A DNA stretch of 64,000 bases from Fibrobacterales bacterium (GCA_051532055.1 JAOPTX010000032.1:125115-189114); one strand, 5' to 3'; counted from the first letter of the stretch, positions 49,103 to 60,853 are shown. A program made the numbers and translations. The notes: generated by a model from the sequence alone, not told the origin.

Positions 49103-49933
49103 TTACGATTCGGCTATTGCATACTTTTTTGAAATGAGAGTTACAAACCCTTCTAAGATCATACCTGCAACAATTGACTCAAAACGCTCATCATTACATG
49201 GAAGCTCATTTACCAATTCAGCTTCAGTAAGCGAACCGCTTTTTAACAGCACCCGGAGAATAGCCCCTCGAACCTCTCTATCAGACCCTTTAAACTTCGA
49301 CTGAACCACATGATGACGACTCTTTTTCGCAGGATTTTTAAAACGTTTTTTAAGGTCGGTACCATAGTCCATAATAGCAGAATACCATTGTCTCGGATTC
49401 TCTTTATCGAGACACAGTTCAATAATGGGTAAAAGTTCTTTATCATCAACACTCTCTCGCTCTAAAAAAAAGTGATGTATAAAAACTGCTCGAATATTAG
49501 TTTCGATATAACTGACCGGTTGATTATACGCATAAGCGCAAATTGCAGAGGCTGTTGCAGGTCCAATTCCTGGAAGTGCAACAAGTCCAAATTCATCTTT
49601 TGGCATAACGCCCCCCATTTCCTCCACCACCATTTGTGCTGCACGTTGCAAAAACTGAGCACGTCTATTATAGCCAAGCCCTTGCCACTCATTTAAAAGG
49701 TCCGCCTTAGAGGCTACCGCTAGTTTTTTGAGTGTAGGGAATTTTTTGAGAAAAGACCTGTACTTATCTACAACACGATCAACTTGTGTTTGCTGCAGCA
49801 TTATTTCGGAGACCATTATAAAATAGGGGTCCTCTGTTTGCCTCCATGGAAGATTAGAGCGACCATGTTCAGTAAAAAACTGATAGACTTTCTTTCGGAA
49901 TGCTCGAACGGTATTGTGATGAAGTGATTGCAT
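49103..49933 (-). CDS. mutY: A/G-specific adenine glycosylase, short form without an Fe-S cluster motif
   Basis: LPWR, VSEIMLQQTQV, WQGLGYNRRA, LPGIGPATA and ETNIR motifs; no CxxxxxxCxxC after MDYG. Confidence 0.88.
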   Translation of the reverse strand: MQSLHHNTVRAFRKKVYQFFTEHGRSNLPWRQTEDPYFIMVSEIMLQQTQVDRVVDKYRSFLKKFPTLKKLAVASKADLLNEWQGLGYNRRAQFLQRAAQMVVEEMGGVMPKDEFGLVALPGIGPATASAICAYAYNQPVSYIETNIRAVFIHHFFLERESVDDKELLPIIELCLDKENPRQWYSAIMDYGTDLKKRFKNPAKKSRHHVVQSKFKGSDREVRGAILRVLLKSGSLTEAELVNELPCNDERFESIVAGMILEGFVTLISKKYAIAES

Positions 49934-50030
49934 GGCGCAAAAGTAATTAATTGTGAGCTGAGAAGTAGGCTCTGCAACCCAGAGCCCCTTCTTCAAGCAC
50001 ATTATTTCAACATTATAGTTTATAGCTTTT

Positions 50031-50465
50031 CTAAAAATGGCACCCTCTTCCTTTCTTTTTAAACGCGTCTAAGTGTTCTACTACCTTTTCGCGTTGCTCC
50101 TTACTTAAGCTATTTTGAAAAAGTACAAAAGCCTCCCATATGGATTGCCCCTCTTCTTTTATCTTCTGAGCATGGGTATCAATAAAAGGGGCAAAGGAAT
50201 CACTTGTCATGTTTTCATTAAGAAACGCCTCTTTCAATGCAGCATGGTGCTTCTCTTTTTCTGATTCATGAAGAGAACGTTTTTCTAGAATCTGTACTTT
50301 TACGTCTCTCAATAGTGCTTGTTGCCCCTCCGTAAGTTCAAGCTCTTCGGTTATCTCTTCAACTATCCAGGCTGCTTTCTCTTCAGGACTTTTGTTGTGA
50401 AAACATCCTATTAACATAAATAGCGTTGTTATTCCTACTGCGATTATTGGTAAATGTCTTTTCAT
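50031..50465 (-). CDS. Spy/CpxP family lipoprotein
   Basis: Lipobox LIGC; LELTEGQ and LSKEQR (LTxxQ) motifs; divergent from a two-component pair. Confidence 0.8.
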   Translation of the reverse strand: MKRHLPIIAVGITTLFMLIGCFHNKSPEEKAAWIVEEITEELELTEGQQALLRDVKVQILEKRSLHESEKEKHHAALKEAFLNENMTSDSFAPFIDTHAQKIKEEGQSIWEAFVLFQNSLSKEQREKVVEHLDAFKKKGRGCHF

Positions 50466-50543
50466 TAGATCCTCCTCAGGATTAGTTGTATATCGTTATA
50501 GGGTAAACATATCATCATTTACCCAAAGAGACCCTTCACGTAG

Positions 50544-50569
50544 GTCACAGAGTGTAACAGTTTGTAACG
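50544..50569. promoter_or_regulatory. Three direct repeats at 10-bp period (GTCACA, GTAACA, GTAACG), candidate OmpR-family binding site
   Basis: Copies start at 50544, 50554 and 50564, between the divergent spy-like gene and the response regulator. Confidence 0.65.
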
Positions 50570-50618
50570 GAATACTAAAAAATGTTTTTGCCCATTAAAA
50601 ATGATATACATTTGAGAC

Positions 50619-51302
50619 ATGCCTATACAAAAACGACATATACTACTGATAGATGATGACACAAAACTAGCTGACCTCTTAACAGAATATCTCGGCCAAT
50701 TTGAATGTGAAGTGGACTATTCCGAAACACCGCTTAATGGAATTTCAAAAATAAAGCACGGTTCATACGACCTTGTTATTCTTGATGTTATGATGCCCGA
50801 AATGAATGGATTTGATGTTTGTAAAGAAGTCCGTAAATTCAGTGAAATCCCCATAATCCTCCTCACAGCAAGAGGCGAAGTTACTGATCGTGTACTGGGT
50901 CTAGAACTTGGTGCCGATGATTACCTTCCAAAACCCTTTGAGCCCCGAGAGCTCGTTGCTCGTATTGACACCATTCTTCGTCGATCAAAAAACAGTTCTA
51001 ACTCCATTCTTTTTGGGGATTTCTCAATAGACACCCATAATCGTAAGCTCTTAAAAAATGGTGAAGAAATTGAAACCACTACCCTAGAGTATGAACTTAC
51101 TTTAATGTTTGCCCAAAACCCCAACAAAAAATTTAGCCGAGATGAAATTATGAATCATTTACAAGGTGTCGATACTGAAGTTTTTAGTCGCTCAGTAGAC
51201 ATTCTAGTCAGTCGTGTGCGCTCAAAAATAGAAACAGACACCAAACAACCTCGGTTTATTAAAACCATATGGGGTACCGGCTACATGTTTACAGGGGTAT
51301 AA
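50619..51302 (+). CDS. OmpR/CpxR family response regulator
   Basis: IDDD, ILDVMMP, GADDYLPKPFEPREL, RSVDILVSRVRSK and TIWGTGY motifs. Confidence 0.94.
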   Translation: MPIQKRHILLIDDDTKLADLLTEYLGQFECEVDYSETPLNGISKIKHGSYDLVILDVMMPEMNGFDVCKEVRKFSEIPIILLTARGEVTDRVLGLELGADDYLPKPFEPRELVARIDTILRRSKNSSNSILFGDFSIDTHNRKLLKNGEEIETTTLEYELTLMFAQNPNKKFSRDEIMNHLQGVDTEVFSRSVDILVSRVRSKIETDTKQPRFIKTIWGTGYMFTGV

Positions 51303-51304
51303 AT

Positions 51305-52531
51305 ATGATTTTACACTTCTTACAATCACTCTACTTCCGACTCTTCATAATCCACTTCTTCACTCTGTTCCTTGTAGTTGTTACCGTACTTGTCTCGGGC
51401 AATCTTACCAACATGCCTAAACATAAAGAAATTTTTAAGAGCTATGTAAACCTCTTTACAAACTATGTCATTGATGACATTGGCACTCCTCCCAATACTG
51501 TTATTGCAGACTCTATCGCAACAAGACTCGCTGTTGACCTGGTTATTGAAGGTCCAGAATATCGGTGGGAGTCCAACCCAAACGCAATAGAGCATGCCGA
51601 CCACTCTCATATCATAAAAAAAAATGGATACACCTTTACCATTACCAAACGTGATCCTTTTAGAGAAAACACACTGATGCACCTCTATTTAATTATTGGC
51701 CTTATACTGGTAATTTTCATCAACTATCTCATGATCAATAGCCAGTTTACACCCATTAAAAAAATGAGAGAGGGCGTCAAAGAAGTTGCCAAAGGTAATT
51801 ATGGCATACAAGTCTCTACTTGTGGCCCCAAAGAAACTCAACAGCTGGGGGAGGCCTTTAATGATATGTCAAAAAAAATTGAAAAACATATCTCCGAACT
51901 TCGTATCCTTCTTAGGGCGATTAGTCATGAGCTCCGCTCTCCTCTTGGTAGAATGAAGCTCGCCTTAGAGTTTGTCTCTGACAAAAGAATTAAAGAGTCG
52001 CTCTCAGAAGAGATCACTCAACTCGATACTATAACAGCGTCACTTCTAGAGCAAGAAAAATTAAAAAGCGGTCTAATCGAACTCGAAAAGTGTGATTGTG
52101 ACCTAAGCAACCTCCTCAATCAAGTCGTGCAACCCTATTCTCTAGAGCATACCGCAATACACCTTAACCTACCTGAGGTACCAATTACCGTCAAGGCAGA
52201 CTGCCCTCGACTCGCTATCGTATTTCGAAACCTTACTGAGAATGCTATAAAGTATGGTGAAAATAGCCCAATTACAATTTCAGTATCCCGACAAGAAACT
52301 TATGCCCTCATTAGTGTACAAGATCATGGTATCGGTATTGCACCAGAAGACATCTCCAAAATAGGAGATCCATTTTTTAGGCCTGATAGCTCAAGAACAC
52401 GTTCTAGTGGTGGTTTTGGTCTTGGCTTAAGTATTGCAAAAGCAATAATAACAGCCCACAATGGTACTTTTGAGATTTGTAGCAAAATTGATGAGGGATC
52501 AACCTTTACTGTCACACTTCCTATTTGTTAA
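51305..52531 (+). CDS. HAMP-containing sensor histidine kinase (CpxA-like)
   Basis: Two TM helices, HAMP; ISHELRSPL, NLTENAIKY, DHGIG and GFGLGL motifs. Confidence 0.93.
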   Translation: MILHFLQSLYFRLFIIHFFTLFLVVVTVLVSGNLTNMPKHKEIFKSYVNLFTNYVIDDIGTPPNTVIADSIATRLAVDLVIEGPEYRWESNPNAIEHADHSHIIKKNGYTFTITKRDPFRENTLMHLYLIIGLILVIFINYLMINSQFTPIKKMREGVKEVAKGNYGIQVSTCGPKETQQLGEAFNDMSKKIEKHISELRILLRAISHELRSPLGRMKLALEFVSDKRIKESLSEEITQLDTITASLLEQEKLKSGLIELEKCDCDLSNLLNQVVQPYSLEHTAIHLNLPEVPITVKADCPRLAIVFRNLTENAIKYGENSPITISVSRQETYALISVQDHGIGIAPEDISKIGDPFFRPDSSRTRSSGGFGLGLSIAKAIITAHNGTFEICSKIDEGSTFTVTLPIC

Positions 52532-52604
52532 CAGTGTAAAATAATATATATTCACACCGGGACACATGCGTAGTACGATCAATACTACTCGAAAAAGGAA
52601 TATT

Positions 52605-53087
52605 ATGAAAATTTATCTATTTTCTATTGGGATAATAGCATTTATACTTATAGGTTGTTTGGGCGAAGACCCCATACTCCCTTTAGAATCATCCGCTGAC
52701 ATTGTCAGCTCTATGGAAGAATCAAGCGAAGAAAGCCTCTCTTCTGATGAAGCTCCAGAAAAATCAATCACTCTTGATGATATCAAAGGTGAATGGTTTT
52801 TTTCAAAAGTTATGGGCGGAGGACCCAATGATTTTTTAGTCGCTATAGAAGATGATGAATCAATTACTTTTACCCTCACACTCCTCGGAACCGTAAAGAA
52901 TAGCGCTGAAGGTACAATTGAGGTCAAAGATGACTCTATACTCCTTAAATGGGATGAGTGTAAAGCCAAAAAAGAAGTTGTTGAGTGTGATGATGATTCA
53001 GCATCTAAGATTCCAAATGAACTTGGTTTTGATGGATCTGCAATTTATGATGCTGACAACACCGATTACATCTACGAGAAAAAATAA
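52605..53087 (+). CDS. Acidic lipoprotein of unknown function
   Basis: Lipobox LIGC, Ser/Glu linker, IKGEW lipocalin-like start; AAGGA RBS. Confidence 0.7.
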   Translation: MKIYLFSIGIIAFILIGCLGEDPILPLESSADIVSSMEESSEESLSSDEAPEKSITLDDIKGEWFFSKVMGGGPNDFLVAIEDDESITFTLTLLGTVKNSAEGTIEVKDDSILLKWDECKAKKEVVECDDDSASKIPNELGFDGSAIYDADNTDYIYEKK

Positions 53088-53112
53088 AAACGCAGTCAAA
53101 GAGCCTGCCATT

Positions 53113-53841
53113 CTACTGTGGCAGTTTCTCTGATATTAAACCTAAATGGGGTTCATGATGCTCATTATAAATCTCAAAATGTACTCGATTACCTATTTTG
53201 TCGATCACTTTTGTTGAAGTGATTACCTCACCATAAGTCTTATAACACCCTAATGCCCTCTTAAAGACAATCACATCCAATTCATCTAAATGGACCGTTA
53301 CGTCAATCTCTTTTTCAGGGGAGGGGCGAACCCCTTCACGATGCTCACTCCCCAGTTGTTCTTCCCCAAGCGTATAAAAACAAAGCCGTTTTAGATACTC
53401 ATAGCCCTCTTTTTTATACAAACCGCAATAAATCCGTTTAACAATACAATGGCCCACTATATGGTCATAATGCCCACTAATTCCGTGAATAGGGTAGGTT
53501 ACAATAATATTTGGTTTCACTCGCTCTATTTCTTGAATTATTACCTTCTCAAGCTCAAGGGGGTTCATATCTTTTAACCCTCCATCCAAATAATCGAGAA
53601 TAGTCATTCCATCAAGGTTAAGTACTTTTTCTACATCAAGCATCTCTCGAAAGCGAACTTCTCCCATTTCTTCAATAGTATAATTAAATGTATGCCGTTG
53701 AGTTGTCCCTCCACCTCGCGTCAAAGTGAGAAGATATACCTCTTCCCCCAAAGATTTTTGTTTATGAATCACAGGAGCGGGGCCAAATGACTCATCATCA
53801 GGATGAGGAAAAATATAGAGGGTTTTGATAGGTTCTGACAT
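53113..53841 (-). CDS. PIG-L family deacetylase
   Basis: FPHPDDESFG, LTRGG, DGGL and GHYDH motifs. Confidence 0.9.
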   Translation of the reverse strand: MSEPIKTLYIFPHPDDESFGPAPVIHKQKSLGEEVYLLTLTRGGGTTQRHTFNYTIEEMGEVRFREMLDVEKVLNLDGMTILDYLDGGLKDMNPLELEKVIIQEIERVKPNIIVTYPIHGISGHYDHIVGHCIVKRIYCGLYKKEGYEYLKRLCFYTLGEEQLGSEHREGVRPSPEKEIDVTVHLDELDVIVFKRALGCYKTYGEVITSTKVIDKIGNRVHFEIYNEHHEPHLGLISEKLPQ

Positions 53842-53926
53842 AAAGCTCGCTCCCGAAAACATCACTCTTTGAGTATATTGTTTTTATGGCGCATGGTCAA
53901 TAGAGTTGCCGAATATTTGTTTTCAA

Positions 53927-54613
53927 CTATTTTTCAATAGAGAGCCGCCAGAGGTCTTGCCCACTTTCTGCATATTTTTTTTCAAATGCAGTGAGATACT
54001 CACCTTCGGGATTAAGCTGCTCAACTATGCCTGTTTGTTTCTTCGCAACCGCGTAAGCTCTGTTGAATTCTTCAAGATAAAGCTTCCAATTACTTCTCAA
54101 TTCCATTCTATCACAGACCGCCAAAAGCGTTGGGAAAATTGGATGCCCCTGCCATCGCTTTGTAAATGAGCTCTGTTTGGGCCATGGATTAGGATAGAGA
54201 ATATAATGCTTTTCAATTGGTTTATTAGCTTCTACAATCAAACGCCATAAATCTATAACGTCTGCTCGTTCTATTATTACATTATCCAGACTATTGCCTG
54301 AAGCGCGTGCCACATTAACCGCATACCAATCACTTTTTAAAATACGGTCTTGTGACTTATCAATACCTATTACTATGCTATCTGCATGCGCAGCCCCAAG
54401 CTTAAAGCTGCTCATGCCCACACCACACGCAGAATCTAATATAATGGGTCGTTCGCCTAATTCTTTTAACTGATTAAGTATTCTATCAAAAGCCTTTTTG
54501 GTGTGGTCTTGAATAGGGCGTTTATACTCAGTAGTCATGTGTTTTATAACCACCGACTCTAAATCTTTGTGAATACCGTCTTGAGGACTGTCTACCCTTC
54601 TACTTTCACTCAC
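53927..54613 (-). CDS. TrmB-like SAM-dependent methyltransferase
   Basis: LDSACGVG, GIDKS, LYPNPWPK, RSNW and TAFEKKY motifs. Confidence 0.85.
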   Translation of the reverse strand: MSESRRVDSPQDGIHKDLESVVIKHMTTEYKRPIQDHTKKAFDRILNQLKELGERPIILDSACGVGMSSFKLGAAHADSIVIGIDKSQDRILKSDWYAVNVARASGNSLDNVIIERADVIDLWRLIVEANKPIEKHYILYPNPWPKQSSFTKRWQGHPIFPTLLAVCDRMELRSNWKLYLEEFNRAYAVAKKQTGIVEQLNPEGEYLTAFEKKYAESGQDLWRLSIEK

Positions 54614-54974
54614 TTTTGTTCCTTTTTCTTTTCGGAGGGACCATCATATGCATAACCTTTTGCGATACAGAGAAATTCTCTCCTCTCTCTTCGTCAATTA
54701 TAATATCCGAACCTTGTTTATAACCATACCACCACTCAACATCCTCACTCCCTACAGAGAGAGAGTGCACGGTACCCGTTGGGATGACTACTTCTTCACT
54801 CACTAATAGTTCTATCTGAGAATCTTCAAACGTAATGATGAGTTTACCCGAAATGAGTTTTAGTATCTTCTCATCTTCACAGAGATTCAAATACTCATTT
54901 AAAGGTGTATCAACCCATTGATTACACGTATACCCTCTTTGCTTCCATTCATTTTTTGTCTGATTTTTATTCAT
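54606..54974 (-). CDS. Cupin-fold protein
   Basis: W.D.P, LISGKL and IPTGTVHS motifs. Start could be GTG 54986. Confidence 0.65.
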   Translation of the reverse strand: MNKNQTKNEWKQRGYTCNQWVDTPLNEYLNLCEDEKILKLISGKLIITFEDSQIELLVSEEVVIPTGTVHSLSVGSEDVEWWYGYKQGSDIIIDEERGENFSVSQKVMHMMVPPKRKRNKSE

Positions 54975-55001
54975 AGTAACAACCACTCAAACATAAAGCC
55001 A

Positions 55002-55550
55002 TTACAATGGGATTCCAAAACGATACCATAATAGAGAACCAATGGCTACACCATTATGATATTCAGAAATGAGAAAATCTTTTACCTTTGATTTTTCAAC
55101 CAGCACTACTTCAATCTCTTCTCCACATTCTAGGGACTGCTTAGGATTTTGATTTTCTGGTAATGATTCATCTACTTCTATAGTGACTACTTGCATCAAT
55201 GAATCTGTCATTGCGGGATACGAGGCTAATGGTGGACTTACTTCAATAACGACACCACTGTATCCAGTTTCTTCTTTAAGCTCCCGAACAGCATCTTCTT
55301 CTATTGAGCAATTCTCGCACATACCTGCCGGGAGAGAAGTTACCCATCCATTAATTCCTTGTCGAAATTGCTTCAGAAGGATTAATCTATCACTTTGTTT
55401 GAGTGTTGCAAAAATGACAACTGATTTGCTAGAATCTGTTCGTTCAAAACGTTCCCAAGTATGCACCTTACCACTATCATCTTCAAAAGTGGCTTCGAGT
55501 ACTTTGAGTCGTTTGCCCTGAAAGAGCTCTTTTTCACTAATTTTTTTCAT
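55002..55550 (-). CDS. NUDIX hydrolase (ADP-ribose pyrophosphatase-like)
   Basis: KQFR, LPAGM and the Nudix box AVRELKEETGY. Confidence 0.9.
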   Translation of the reverse strand: MKKISEKELFQGKRLKVLEATFEDDSGKVHTWERFERTDSSKSVVIFATLKQSDRLILLKQFRQGINGWVTSLPAGMCENCSIEEDAVRELKEETGYSGVVIEVSPPLASYPAMTDSLMQVVTIEVDESLPENQNPKQSLECGEEIEVVLVEKSKVKDFLISEYHNGVAIGSLLWYRFGIPL

Positions 55551-55623
55551 AGAGATAAATATAGTAAAGTATAGCTCCTCACTTTTTCAACGAAAGAAGC
55601 TCAAGTTTTAACACACAAAAATA

Positions 55624-56700
55624 TTAGTATACAAAGTTTCCGTATACCCCAATTTTTTGACCATCAAAACTAGGTTCATTTGAATCAATTCGTTCCCACT
55701 TCAGTGCGTAACTTAAGTTTTTGGTCTGCTTAAACTCAACGCCAAGGCTATATGCATCTGCATAAATATCATCAAGCGATTGCCCAATTAACCCCATTAC
55801 CCCTTTGATTTTTGCACCAAATTTCATTTTCATATTTACATACCTGCCAAACACTTCAAATCTATTATTTATGGGGACAGCAAGATTACTTTCAAATGCA
55901 GCTACATTATCATATACTGTACTATTTTTCATGTAAGAATACATGATTCCGAGTTTTGCCCATGGCGTACCAATACATCCAAAAGGTGAAACTAATATCT
56001 GTGGTTTTACTTCTTGGTTTTGTGGTAACCCTAAAGACTTTAATGCATCTGGTAACCCCAAAGAAAGAGAATCATTTCCATTATATGGACGAATACTCGT
56101 GTAGAGGTTCACCGCCCAAAACGCCCCTCTATACTCTGTATTGAGCGCATATACAAAATCTTGTTTTTGGGTATCAATCCCTTGTCTATTATTCCCACTA
56201 AATACCCCACCATGCATAAATAACTCATCAGTAATATGGTATTTCATCGAAACACCTAAATCAAGATCCCCTGAACCATCTTGCGTCCCTGTCAAACTTA
56301 CTGGATACTCTTTAGCATGCGCCTTAAAATAAAAGAGTAAACGAGTAAACCACGATAATGATGGCTGTAAACCAACATAAAGCTTTGCTTTCTCCAATGG
56401 TTCTGATGTGATATATGCGCTATTCACTGTTGCTTTATTTGAACCCTCTTTATCCTTATCAACTCTAAAAGATACTTCAGCTTTTATTCCATGATCAAAA
56501 ACTTTCCTATACCCGAGTACAGCCACGAACATTTCCATATCTGTTTCTTTGCTTCGCGTGTCATATTCAAAATTAGGCCACAGTAAGATGATTGGTTTAT
56601 CCTTTGGCTCCTTTGCCTCACTCGCTTCCATTGGTGTTTTCTCTGTTTCAGCATAAACGAAGCCACACAGAACTATACTCAGCATTATATTTTTTAACAT
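55624..56700 (-). CDS. Porin-like outer-membrane protein
   Basis: AGGAG RBS, signal peptide, amphipathic strands, DLGV and GVFSGN motifs; C-terminal aromatic (GNFVY). Confidence 0.65.
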   Translation of the reverse strand: MLKNIMLSIVLCGFVYAETEKTPMEASEAKEPKDKPIILLWPNFEYDTRSKETDMEMFVAVLGYRKVFDHGIKAEVSFRVDKDKEGSNKATVNSAYITSEPLEKAKLYVGLQPSLSWFTRLLFYFKAHAKEYPVSLTGTQDGSGDLDLGVSMKYHITDELFMHGGVFSGNNRQGIDTQKQDFVYALNTEYRGAFWAVNLYTSIRPYNGNDSLSLGLPDALKSLGLPQNQEVKPQILVSPFGCIGTPWAKLGIMYSYMKNSTVYDNVAAFESNLAVPINNRFEVFGRYVNMKMKFGAKIKGVMGLIGQSLDDIYADAYSLGVEFKQTKNLSYALKWERIDSNEPSFDGQKIGVYGNFVY

Positions 56701-57018
56701 ACCATTCTCCTTTTGATGAGTATACTACTATAAGCTCACCAAACGCCATTATTTTTGTCTTTAAGTTTTATCACATTTATTCTTTCTAGATGCAGCACAG
56801 AGAATAATTTTTCAGTTCTATTCATATTTTACCCATAAACTCTCATTTCCACTAGTCTGAATTTGTCTTATTGTTATTCCAATAATTATTTCTACATTCG
56901 TAGACAATTAAATAACACTTACACTCAGATAGATACCCTAAAATCTATTTTCCGATACTTCAGGCATTCATTTTGTATAGATTATACAATGCAGGTTAAA
57001 CATCAATCGAGGGAGCCG

Positions 57019-58218
57019 ATGTTTCAATTGAGTAAATCAAATATATTTTTCAGTATAACGGTATTTCTACTTTTAGCTTGTACCAATGATCAAACACCCA
57101 TTGATGATTTCGCATTAACATCATCAGAGATTAACATTAGCAGTGAAGTCACTTCTTCTCAAGAAACATTAGTTAATAGTTCTAGTACTATTCTTCTTTC
57201 TTCTCAAACGGTACAATCATCTTCGAGCCTGTTAATAAATTCAAGTACTAGCCTCAGCCATAGTTCATCCAGTTACACAATGTCATCGAGTAATTATTCC
57301 TTTTCAGAAGCACCTTCAAGTAGTAGCAGTAGTAACAGAATAACTTACCCTGTTGTTGACCCTACAAAAAATAAATTAGCGAATATTACCAAAAAGTGTG
57401 AATTACCTATAGAAAAATTAAGTAATGGAGAGTCCGGTTGGAACTCTCGGTATTGGGACTGCTGTAAACCTCATTGTTCTGTTCCACAAAATACCGATAA
57501 CCTAACTAAAAACTGCTCAATTGATGACATAGAAACTCCTTGCTTTAAAGAAGTTGGAAATGAATTTTGGTCCGGAATTGAGACGATTAAATCTGGTTGT
57601 GCAGAAGGTGGTGAAACCTTTGCTTGTTATAGCCATGCGCCCTTTGCTGTTTGTGAAGACCTCGCCTATGGGTTTGCTGCCGTTCCTGGCATCCACGATG
57701 ACATGTGTGGTTCATGTTTTCAACTTGACTATGATGGAGGTTTTCAGCATGGCAACCCAAAAGAAGCCCACACCTTAATGAAAGGTAAAACAATGATTGT
57801 TATGGCTTCTAACATAGGGCATGATGTGGCAGGTGGTCAATTTGACATAATGATTCCCGGTGGTGGACTTGGAGCTTTTGATGCAGGATGTGCTGTACAA
57901 TGGAATGTAGATCCAAACGATGAACAACTTGTAGGTAAAAAATTTGGTGGCTTTATGACAACCTGTCGTGAAGCTCTTGGAAATGAAGAACCAGCTGACA
58001 CTTATAAAGATTGCGTTAGAAACATGTGTGACAATCTTTTTGGACTAGATCCAAACATGAAAGACCTTTGGGAGGGATGTATTTGGTATGTAGATTGGAT
58101 GCACGCTGTTGACAACCCTACATTTACCTATAAACAAGTAGAGTGCCCTCAAGTCCTGTTAGATATGTATGGGTCCGAATTTCACGATGATTATACACTG
58201 GATGATCTCTATAACTAA
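57019..58218 (+). CDS. GH45 endoglucanase lipoprotein with a Ser-rich linker
   Basis: Lipobox LLAC; RYWDCCKPHC, AYGFAA, CGSCFQL and QFDIMIPGGG with both catalytic Asp; GGAG RBS. Confidence 0.92.
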   Translation: MFQLSKSNIFFSITVFLLLACTNDQTPIDDFALTSSEINISSEVTSSQETLVNSSSTILLSSQTVQSSSSLLINSSTSLSHSSSSYTMSSSNYSFSEAPSSSSSSNRITYPVVDPTKNKLANITKKCELPIEKLSNGESGWNSRYWDCCKPHCSVPQNTDNLTKNCSIDDIETPCFKEVGNEFWSGIETIKSGCAEGGETFACYSHAPFAVCEDLAYGFAAVPGIHDDMCGSCFQLDYDGGFQHGNPKEAHTLMKGKTMIVMASNIGHDVAGGQFDIMIPGGGLGAFDAGCAVQWNVDPNDEQLVGKKFGGFMTTCREALGNEEPADTYKDCVRNMCDNLFGLDPNMKDLWEGCIWYVDWMHAVDNPTFTYKQVECPQVLLDMYGSEFHDDYTLDDLYN

Positions 58219-58252
58219 AAGGTTCAATTGTGGCATAGCTAAAATTTAGCAC

Positions 58253-58282
58253 AAAAAAAAGCCCTACAGAGTAGGGCTTTTT
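58253..58282. terminator. Bidirectional intrinsic terminator between the GH45 gene and atpC
   Basis: A8-GCCCTAC-AGA-GTAGGGC-T5. Confidence 0.9.
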
Positions 58283-58299
58283 AATTATTTAGAATCTAT

Positions 58300-58551
58300 C
58301 TAGTCTATTGTAGCATTATCAGTTAAGATACTCACAAGGTTATCTTTCACTTCAAGAAAACCATTTTCTATAGCTATCGTAGACATTTTACTATTTATTT
58401 TATATGACACAGAGCCAGTAGTAAGGCTCGCCAAAATAGGTGCATGATCTTTTAAGATTCCAAGAAGACCATCTGTAGCCGGTACGACAACAGAATCAAT
58501 CTCACCTTCGAAGGCTATTGCACTCGGCGTAAGAACCTTAAGAGTTAACAT
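58300..58551 (-). CDS. atpC: ATP synthase epsilon subunit (short; beta-sandwich domain only)
   Basis: L.VLTP, GILKDHAP and GFLEV motifs; operon position. Confidence 0.92.
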   Translation of the reverse strand: MLTLKVLTPSAIAFEGEIDSVVVPATDGLLGILKDHAPILASLTTGSVSYKINSKMSTIAIENGFLEVKDNLVSILTDNATID

Positions 58552-59964
<1,413 letters not shown>

Positions 59965-59980
59965 TTATACTCCTGGGACG

Positions 59981-60853
59981 CTAGCCGTTTTGAGACTCTG
60001 CACCTGCTACAATTTCTGTAAGCTCGGTAGTAATCGCAGCTTGTCTTGCGCGGTTCATTATTAAGGTTAAATTTTTAATTAAATCACTCGAGTTGTTTGT
60101 TGCATTTTCCATAGCCGTCATACGTGCACCATGTTCACCAGCTGCATTTTCTAGTAGTGAACGATAAAACTGTGCCGCAACATGCTTAGGCAATAAGCTC
60201 TTTACAAGATCTTGAGCATTTGGCTCATATATATAATCAGTTTCAATATAAGACTTATCACTCATATCCTCTTCAAACACAACTGGTAATACTTTTTTCA
60301 TTGTTGGTGTTTGAACCAAAACCGATTCGAATTCATTATTTATCAGATAAGCTTCATCAAACTTACCAGCGATAAAATCTTCCGTTGCTTCTTTCGCGAC
60401 GTCATTAATACTAAGAAAATCTGGGTTACGAGTTATCTCTTCATAATTTTTTTCAAAAGCGTAATGCTCTTTCTTTGAGAAAAAATCAAATACTCTTTTG
60501 CCAAGAGTATACACTTCATACTCAACACTTGATTCTCGTGTATCGATAACATTGGCAGCATACTTTATCATGCCATTATTAAAACTACCGCACAATCCTT
60601 TATCAGATGAGTATACATAATATCTGATTTTCTTAACAGGTCGCTCTTTCATGAGTTCAAAATCTACGACTTCTGAACTATTAGAAACAATACCGAGAAG
60701 TTTTTTTAATTTATCGCTATATGGCTTATTATCACGAATCGCATCCTGAGATTTTTTAAGCTTAGAGCTAGCAACTAACTTCATTGCCGAAGTAATTTTG
60801 TTAGTATTTTTTAAGCTTGTTATTCTAAGCCGTAGCTGTTTAATGGATGCCAT
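59981..60853 (-). CDS. atpG: ATP synthase gamma subunit
   Basis: KITSAMKLV, DKGLCGSFN and NRARQAAITTEL motifs. Confidence 0.97.
   Translation of the reverse strand: MASIKQLRLRITSLKNTNKITSAMKLVASSKLKKSQDAIRDNKPYSDKLKKLLGIVSNSSEVVDFELMKERPVKKIRYYVYSSDKGLCGSFNNGMIKYAANVIDTRESSVEYEVYTLGKRVFDFFSKKEHYAFEKNYEEITRNPDFLSINDVAKEATEDFIAGKFDEAYLINNEFESVLVQTPTMKKVLPVVFEEDMSDKSYIETDYIYEPNAQDLVKSLLPKHVAAQFYRSLLENAAGEHGARMTAMENATNNSSDLIKNLTLIMNRARQAAITTELTEIVAGAESQNG

Noticed and set aside
56863..57018. N-terminal extension of the GH45 ORF (likewise the extensions of HU, the porin, hldD, mutY and the kinase at 51269)
   Set aside because: Downstream ATGs fit better on RBS, signal peptide, family-typical N-terminus or gene spacing.
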